DNA of 60,912 nt from positions 1-60,912 of the forward strand of contig NOWV01000294.1 of the NCBI GenBank assembly GCA_003344405.1. The letters run 5' to 3'. Below are positions 52,603 to 60,912 of the stretch, one piece after another. A program made the translations under genes and the position numbers. The first letter of the stretch is position 1, and each line of letters begins with the position of its first letter. The stretch comes from Trichoplax sp. H2 (Eukaryota). The notes under the pieces were generated by a model that worked only from the letters and a program-made list of their open reading frames with translations, did not search any database and had not been told where the DNA came from.

Positions 52603-54781
52603 TACTAATATAGCAAAAAATTAGGTAAAGTAATCAAGATTTAAAGTTTGACACCACTATTTAAAAGATTTTAAATATACACAGGACCAAATTTCCATAC
52701 GTCTCATTACATGCGTCTATATTACTATAGATATTAAATTCAACATCAGCATGCATAATCACCACCATCACTCCCCTTGCGAATTACAAGCAAATATCAT
52801 GTGACAATATCACTGTCTAGACTTGTTAATTTGAAGAATTTAAGCGCTCGTTTGCTGATACGGTAAAATTGCAGGTAGTAAGATGGCTTCCTTTATCTTT
52901 TGAAGAATCACCATTCATTTCGCGGATAATTTTATCACCTATCGAAATAAGAGGAGAAACGCTTGGATTCTTGCCTATACGGTAAAATTCTGCATCATAC
53001 AAGTAGTCTTATACTTATAATAGCCTTATACACACAATGGAAAGATAGAAAAGATAAAGTTACAGCGAATATAACATTTATAAATTATTTAGACTGTCTC
53101 TGTACGGCGTACTAATATCGGTTATGCACTCTTATCATATTGGATCGGAAAGCTAGAATAATTGAAAGTCCTCTTACTTGTAACTTTAAATATAATAATT
53201 GAATGAATATTTTAAGCTAAATAGAAGAGGCAAACGAAGCAACAGCAATTTAACATTAATTAATTGTACATTAGTCTATTGTATTTTATCACTACTATCA
53301 TTTGAATATAAAGCTGCACTATCAGACATATGATTAAAAAGTATTATTATGCTAAAGGTTATAACTACTTTTAAAATATCACAGTTCAATAAAATTATTG
53401 TAAGTGTGAAAGAAAGGCTGGTTAAACAAAAATTTTTAAGATATTATACGATAGCTTTTCATTGTTACCGTGTTGATTTAGTCTATTTTTCGTAAACCAT
53501 TTTGCTTTCAATCACAGTTTATTATCGCTAGGCTTCATACGACTGTGCATTCTTCTTTCATTAACAAGTAAATTGCTATAGAAAATGTTGTGGACATTTC
53601 CTGTGAAGTTTGTTTCCAACAAGTTTTATTCGCTACTTTCGAATAATGAAAGATAACAAAGCAATGGCATTGCTTTATAAGCATCATATTGAAATATAAT
53701 AAATTTACGATGATTGATTCTTAAAATATGGTTGTAGCGTAACTTTGTGTTGGATTGTAGACTATTAGCCATGTTTAGTATGATAAGCGATAGTATGACT
53801 TTCCATGTTTATCTTAAGACGTAAATTTCTTTATATTACTAAGATTTATATTTTGGTCCAATATCTGTAAATGTTCATGTAAAATCATAATCCGTATGAA
53901 GTTAATACTATAGACTTTTGTTTCTTAATCTTTTAGTACATGACTAGGTACGGTCCGGTAGGATGCAAGCTATAAGCTATTCAGTATTCATGGCACAAAA
54001 AGTGCTCTAAACGGTATGATATTATTATTACTGTATAAATTTAGGATGGGTAGATCAGGATTTATGACTCAGCCATTTTAACGCTGTAGGAGTACGAGTA
54101 TATCTGCACGATCTATTACTCAAACTAACTGTGAAGTAAATACTCGTACTTATAGTATATTGTAAGGCATACAGGCTTTTTTCAAGCCAATTAATATACC
54201 ACAAACTCATGGATTTCATATAGAATTCTGATTCTGCAAATGAATTCAGACAAAAAAATGCATAACCTACATCGTATTCAGTCTATGTGTGTCTATAATG
54301 ACACTGCAATCGGAAGCTACGGTCCTTTAATTGGATCTACAACTACTGTTCTACGCGTTATCCTCCAGATAACTTCACAACTAGAAGTTTTACTCAAGTT
54401 TAAATACCATTTATAAATAGTAATTTGCGTAGCAGTTACAAAATAATGAAATACTATCTATCATTTTTCCACTCTCAATCATAACTTAAAGTAGAAGATA
54501 AAGTTTTATTTCAATTATATTAATCACTAGCAAATTTCTATAAATACATTTATCAATCATATATATATATACTGTATGCAAAATCGAAGAAAGGTACTAT
54601 AAATATCGAGTCGACCATTACAGTGGTCTGCTTTGCCTCTGTAATTATAAGAAGCAAGTCTAACTAAATAAATTACATAAGTTCTCCATTTAAAAAATCA
54701 GTTGGTAAATATCAAAATCCTTGCAAGGCGAAAAGGTCGGATATTGAATTTTTGAATTCACAGGTAAAATAAATGGAAGTT

Positions 54782-55197
54782 TGTGAGGTTGATAGATCAA
54801 GAATCTTCAAAACTTTAGAAAATTAAGATTTATTGAACAAAACCTCCTTTACGAAGATACAACGTAATCAATTAGCTGAGGACCTCTAACCAGAAAGAAC
54901 TATCTTACTATACTAAACTACTCGCTTATATACCTTTCCACGTTTACAGTCTTAGCACCTTACTTACTACACACTTCAGTATTAGCATCTCAAATACAGA
55001 ACAGTTTACACCTTTCATGTGAAGCTCTAGTGTGAGCACTGTAGCGCTCCTCTTCAAAAGGATTACGGTTACTAAGCTAGCTATATTTAATGCTTAAGCT
55101 TCTAACGAGAATATCTATCACATGTTGAACACAACACCTACGATAGACATTGCTAAATATATCATCAACTTAGAATACAATATTACACTGTCTTACA
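54782..55197 (-). mobile_element. Solo LTR (family 2, copy 2)
   Basis: Reverse-complement homolog of 10862-11270 over its full length. Flanks AAGTT / AAATT (TSD with 1 mismatch). The paralogous flank near 60190-60210 is an empty site with a single AAGTT. Confidence 0.85.
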
Positions 55198-55627
55198 AAA
55201 TTTTAAATCAAAAAAATAAATCATAATATCACCACTACTGCGCATCTATTGCTACGAGAGCTGAAATTTTAATGTTAATATCTTTCTATAGAGTAAGTAC
55301 CGTACAAGGTTTATGTACAATTAAAAAATAGGTTAGATGAGTTTACAAATGTACAATTTACGAAATGGATGTCATCTAATAAGATATTGAAACATATATC
55401 GTTGTAGATAATAAGAGCTTTTGCTTACGGTCCATTTTTATATTTCTTGAAGTATCCAGACCGCCATGAATTCTGATACATTCTATATCTTATTGATTGG
55501 CCATCATCAAATTAGAGATAGGGTTAGATGGTGTTACGTTCGTAATATATATGATACATTCTATCTTTCAATGAGATCGTACATTTTTGGATTATTACGT
55601 TACAGAGTAATAGATGGTAATTAACAA

Positions 55628-57235
55628 TTAGTTAATGTCAAAATTAGTTGTATCTGGCAGAAACAACGCAGTAAATCCGCTTAGCAAGCCTAGTAATGAA
55701 AAGATTATCAAAGTTGCTGTGCAATTCTTATTAAATAGTACAGCAAATGTTGTCATGCCTAATATTGATCCTGTATGTCCTACTATATTTAAAATGCCAG
55801 TTGATGTTGATCGAACTTTCGTAGGGAACAATTCTGCACTCCAAGTTTTATAAGGTATCCAGGCGTTATTACTTATCGACGTAAATACACATCCCAAGAT
55901 TAATGCTCCGTATACGTTGTCTATTACAACCATTAATAAAATGCTCAATGCACATATTGTTATCATAGGAAAATAAAGCCATTTTCGACCCACACGGTTA
56001 ATTAATAAAAGACATCCGATAGCGACAGGTAACGATAGTAAGTTTCCAATTAAAATATCTATAATGACTGTTTTTAATCTCTCACCATTTTGACAAGCTG
56101 AACTATTAAGATGTAGACTATGCATTGCACTATGCGATATGTTATGAACATGTTGATGACTATGCCAACATGTTTTTCCGCTTGTATAATAAGAAACGGC
56201 ACTCGGAAGCCATATCGAAAATCCTTGATCGCCGAAACAAAATCCAAACCATCCCACTGATAGTAGTAACAATCGTCGAAGCCATGGCTGTTTTCCAAAA
56301 AATCGAAAGTGTTCTAATTCATGTCGAAATCGGCTGGTTTTGCTATTATTCTCTTTACGATTACTTGCGCGAGGATGAAGTGATGTCAAAGGTAACGCGT
56401 ATTGCTTATGTAAATCATTCCTACATTTAGAACACGAATTAATTCGATTGATTTTTTTTAATACGAACTCAGCCTTTTTCCTTTCGGATTTTGCCAACGT
56501 AAATCGTAAACTATCAGGTAGAAAAAGCAATATACAATAGCCAATTAATGTGGGTATCATAACGATGATAAGATAAAGACGCCAACTCGAAAAATAAATC
56601 CCTCCTATCTTGTAAAATGGATGAGGCAATGTAAAAAACGCAACAGTCGAGCCAAGTAAACTCTCGAAGATTAGAAATGAACTCATACATGCACCAGCGA
56701 TCCCTCTATACTGTCGAGGGAAAAATTCCATTAAATAATTGTAGATAGTTGCTAATAGACCTGCGTGTGAGCATCCTATTATTGCTGCCAAAATCACTAG
56801 CATGTTATAGTTATAAGCAAATGCAGAGAGTAGCATAGCTATTAAATTGATCGTCAAAGAAAATAGAAGAATTTTTCTTCTACCGTAAGCATCAGCCAAT
56901 CTGCCAAATATACCAACACTAAGAGTCAGGCTAATCATCATCGATAGACTTAACCATCCCCTGTTACTTATATTGATATCTAAATCACAAGCAGAAATAA
57001 TAATATATCCCATTGCTTGAAAGTAGACATTATATCCTCCATAGCAAAGACCACACGATAAAATAATTAAAAAGTGAAATAATCCGACGTCGATGTTTTC
57101 TACGATATCATCGATACTTGATATTAAATCATGCGAATCAATGGTACAATCTGAACCGGCGTTTTCATCAATATCACTTATTAAAGCCGTTTCTTCACCG
57201 TCTTCTCTCTCTTCGAACTGATTCTCGATCGTCAT
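55628..57235 (-). CDS. SV2/SVOP-like MFS transporter (copy 4), intronless
   Basis: GRLADAYGRRKIL, EFFPRQYRG, SSWR, ELFPTKVRSTSTG. Confidence 0.92.
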   Translation of the reverse strand: MTIENQFEEREDGEETALISDIDENAGSDCTIDSHDLISSIDDIVENIDVGLFHFLIILSCGLCYGGYNVYFQAMGYIIISACDLDINISNRGWLSLSMMISLTLSVGIFGRLADAYGRRKILLFSLTINLIAMLLSAFAYNYNMLVILAAIIGCSHAGLLATIYNYLMEFFPRQYRGIAGACMSSFLIFESLLGSTVAFFTLPHPFYKIGGIYFSSWRLYLIIVMIPTLIGYCILLFLPDSLRFTLAKSERKKAEFVLKKINRINSCSKCRNDLHKQYALPLTSLHPRASNRKENNSKTSRFRHELEHFRFFGKQPWLRRLLLLSVGWFGFCFGDQGFSIWLPSAVSYYTSGKTCWHSHQHVHNISHSAMHSLHLNSSACQNGERLKTVIIDILIGNLLSLPVAIGCLLLINRVGRKWLYFPMITICALSILLMVVIDNVYGALILGCVFTSISNNAWIPYKTWSAELFPTKVRSTSTGILNIVGHTGSILGMTTFAVLFNKNCTATLIIFSLLGLLSGFTALFLPDTTNFDIN

Positions 57236-57351
57236 ATTTGTCGATAGCTATATAAAATCAACCGATATAGAAATACATTGATTAAATTCGTCAAAAAATA
57301 AGACAGGAAACGAACACGCAGCTTACGATTACCACCTTAATCGTAAGAATT

Positions 57352-58378
57352 TTATTTTAAGAATTGATCAATATTCCTTTCTAATAGCTGATACAACGAT
57401 AAAGAACGATTAAATGTGACTATGACAGCTAAAACGTACATATGAGCGATATTGTCCAGGACTAGTATGTACAATGCATAAGAAAGAAAATTACTCGTAA
57501 GAGTGAAGTTTCCTGTATCATACACAACCCTCCGTCGATTTAAATTAAAACCAACAACGTTCTCCATGAAGGAAATCTTATCAATCGCTTCTTAATCCCA
57601 AATGGATTAGTAATACAATGAACACTATCATTAAGTCATGTTTGCAGAATCGAAACAATATGAATGAAGATAATATTTTGCTACTGGTATGGATAAAGTG
57701 ATTTAAATCTTTTATTAATCTATGTGGGACCCAACTTTGATATGAATAAAATCCATCATGCCCTTGCGAATTATAGTTTATTTCAAAGAAGGAAAGATTA
57801 TTGTCTGGATGGTTCTTTGGCATAATTTAAATAACTCGTCTTTTGTCATGGTAAGTAGGAAGATTGTAACAGCAAAGCATTTGGTACTTGATAGCGAAGA
57901 GTCGCTGATATATCTTAAACTTGCTACTTTAATACGTGAAAACACTCGCTAACGGGCTAATCAATCTTGCTAATAATGATACTGCAATCATTTTTTGTCT
58001 ACCCTAAGCATTAGCAAGTCTATCTGATATGCCATCACCATTACCATAGCCAAATAAATAAGATATACCAATCCAACACTTATTATTTATTTCTATTAAT
58101 TTCTAAATTGCATATTCCAACAACTACGACACTGATCGCTTGATAAAACAAATAATAACCATTTAGGCCGAGTCCATAAGCTCGAATGATTGTATCGTAT
58201 ATTAAAATAGTCCAATGCCTATAGTATCTAAGATCTAATCGGTACTAGATGTTAAATTAATCGAATTAGTGACGTTATCTAAACCATAAAACTCTTCATT
58301 TGAACTTGGTAAGGCTGCTTTATCGTCAACATGATCGTAGTCTTGATACTCCCTCTCAACTACATTGTTAATGGTTCT
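57352..58378 (-). pseudogene. Decayed SV2-like transporter relic
   Basis: Frameshifted minus-strand translation RTINNVVEREYQDYDHVDDKAAL ... LDTIGIGLF*Y ... GYYLFYQAISVVVVGICNLEIN ... CWIGISYLFG...DRLANA*GRQKMI...LASVFTY aligns with MTIENQFEERE..ETAL / IGLFHY..GYSIYYQAIGFIIISACDLDIN..GWLS..GRLADAYGRRKIL..LASAF. Downstream fragments (LSIPVA, ILVLDN) are weaker. Confidence 0.65.
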
Positions 58379-60479
58379 AATGTGTGAAAGTTCCAGAAAA
58401 TTGTCATAAGTGCAAAAGAAGGACTATACTCAGATAGTCCTTGGTAGAAGTTAGACGAACCTGACTTATGTAATAAAGTGAAATTTGCAAGAAACTGCAG
58501 TTCTTGATGTATTGTTGACGATCACTTTATGACATCATTTTACATTAACTGCAGTCTATTATCTCTAGTCATCTGTAATGAAGGTTAATATTTAGTATTC
58601 TCCTTCATAGAATATTTCTTCATTTAGTAATGTATTGTAAGATGATTTAAGATTTTAGTGTAGGACTTGCAAGTAATATCCAAATTAATGTAGATGATAG
58701 CGGAAGGATTGTGTCAGACAGTATAATGTTATACCTATTGCAAGACTCACTTAAACGGCTTTTTAATTTATAAAGTAAAACATATTAAATAAACTGGTAT
58801 TGTTCCCCTAATCTCTATCTTGGTTCAAAGTGTCACCAACCTTAGTGTATCTTAGCAAAATTAAGATAAATTATTACACATCGTATAGCTTTTATTCTTC
58901 TGTTTTCTTACTCGAATGAAGTTAAATACTGGTTTTTATTATACAGATTAAAATATACGAGCTATTGCACGTGTAGTTATATAATACGACCACAAAGAAC
59001 TCTGAATGTAAACCTTTGATATTTAAAGCTACTTCTTATCATTTTAATAACTATTATATGTAAATAAGTAAGTTGCTATTGAAAGTATTATCAGCATTTC
59101 CAGTGAGAATTTGCACGCAACAAGTTTTACCACTATTTTCGAGTAATGAAAGACAAAGCCAAAACAAAGCTGTTATGCTTCACAAGAACAACCTAAGAGC
59201 CCTACGATAGTTACTTACTGAATCCTTTATTTCGTAACAAAAGCATTACTTTATTATCTACTATAACGCAATTAATTACTTAACGTAAGTTTTAATATAG
59301 AAGAATATCAGCGTTTGTATATTTTCCTCTTATTTTATTAAGATTCATAATATGGTCCAATATCTATAAGTTTTCATGTAAATCATAATCCATATTGAAG
59401 TTAAGGCGATAGACTTTTCTTTCTTAGTCTTTGAATAGGTGGCTAAATACAGTCCTGTAGTATACAAGTTATAAGCTATTCACGATACAAATAGCGTTTT
59501 AATAGCATGATGTAGTTACTGTATAAGTTTGGGATGGGTAGATCAGGATGTCATTACTCAGCTAATATATGCTGTTCGAGTACGAGTATTTCTACATGAT
59601 CTATCACTCGAACTAACTAGGAAACACATATAAATATATTGCAACCAAGGAGACTTTTGAGTCAATCAATGTACTACTGATTTACAAATTTAAGCATGGA
59701 AGTTTGGTTCTGAAAAAAATTGAAACAAAAAATACGTAGCCTATATTATATTACTCGATCAACAACTACTATCCTAAGCGTATCGTATAGATAACTTTAC
59801 AACTTGGACTTTTATTACTCTATTTTAGATACCAATGATAAAATTAATTTCGGTAGCAATTACGAAAATTGGAATACTGCCTATCAATTTTTCATTCCCA
59901 ATTATAACTTAAAATAAAGATAAAGCTTTAACTCAAATACAGCAATCACTTTCCAATTTCTGTAAATGTATTTGTTAATCAAATGCGTACTGTAAGTAAA
60001 TTCTAAGGAAAATACTATAAACATCGAGTCGACTGTTACAATAGACTAGTTTGCAACTGTAATTATGAGAAGCAAGTTTTACAAAATAAATTATTTAAGT
60101 TCTTTAATTTAAACGACAGGTCATGAATGTCAAAATACTAATGTTGTGAAAAGGCCATGTTGAATTTTTAAATTCGACGGTAAAAAGCTTGGAAGTTATA
60201 AATCAAAGCAAATGACTTCAAATAATTTACGATAATCACTTAATAATTACCATAACCGCATATCTTTCGTTATAAAGGCTAGTAATCTTAATGTTTATAT
60301 CTTTCTAACGAATAAGTACAGTACAAGGTTTATATAAAATTAGTTAACAGGTGAGACAAATTTCACTAATGTTCAGTTTACGCAATGTTCACTTTACACT
60401 ATATCAACTGAAATCATATTTTATGTCTTATTGATTAGCCATCATCAAATTAGATGTAGGGTTAGATGGTAATTTACAA

Positions 60480-60912
60480 TTAGTTAATGTCAAAATTAGT
60501 TGTATCTGGCAGAAACAACGCAGTAAATCCGCTTAGCAAGCCTAGTAATGAAAAGATTATCAAAGTTGCTGTGCAATTCTTATTAAATAGTACAGCAAAT
60601 GTTGTCATGCCTAATATTGATCCTGTATGTCCTACTATATTTAAAATGCCAGTTGATGTTGATCGAACTTTCGTAGGGAACAATTCTGCACTCCAAGTTT
60701 TATAAGGTATCCAGGCGTTATTACTTATCGACGTAAATACACATCCCAAGATTAATGCTCCATATACGTTGTCTATTACAACCATTAATAAAATGCTCAA
60801 TGCACATATTGTTATCATAGGAAAATAAAGCCATTTTCGACCCACACGGTTAATTAATAAAAGACATCCGATAGCGATAGGTAACGATAGTAAGTTTCCA
60901 ATTAAAATATCT
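60480..60912 (-). CDS. SV2/SVOP-like MFS transporter (copy 5), 3' part only; runs off the window end
   Basis: Matches copy 4 at 55628-56060 with 2 differences in 433 bp. Confidence 0.88.
   Translation of the reverse strand, partial: DILIGNLLSLPIAIGCLLLINRVGRKWLYFPMITICALSILLMVVIDNVYGALILGCVFTSISNNAWIPYKTWSAELFPTKVRSTSTGILNIVGHTGSILGMTTFAVLFNKNCTATLIIFSLLGLLSGFTALFLPDTTNFDIN

Noticed and set aside
44518..60705. Plus-strand ORFs overlapping the transporters, and short shadow ORFs over the NLR, Myb and CYP genes
   Set aside because: Antisense or alternative-frame shadows of real genes, with no recognisable domains.

Overview
AT-rich eukaryotic (animal) genomic DNA with short GT-AG introns and two 20-N gaps. 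Gene content and style suggest an early-branching metazoan, plausibly a placozoan such as Trichoplax; that is an inference, not a database match. Genes, left to right: (1) a 4-exon CARD-like/NB-ARC/TPR STAND (NLR-like) gene that I assembled from two ORFs the track lists separately; (2) a 2-exon Myb/SANT-like (Harbinger-type) DNA-binding protein gene; (3) three tandem clan-4 cytochrome P450 genes with intronless CDS, plus a probable decayed fourth copy; (4) a 21-exon DNAJC21 gene on the minus strand, mostly missed by the ORF track; (5) a minus-strand array of intronless SV2/SVOP-like MFS transporters: three intact, one with a single CGA>TGA stop, one cut by the window end, plus decayed relics. 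Non-coding features include three solo LTRs with 5-bp target-site duplications (two families), a 65-nt intronic hairpin and an apparent gene-conversion tract. I see no prokaryotic-type system (CRISPR, operon, rRNA/tRNA). All exon models and alignments were done by eye.
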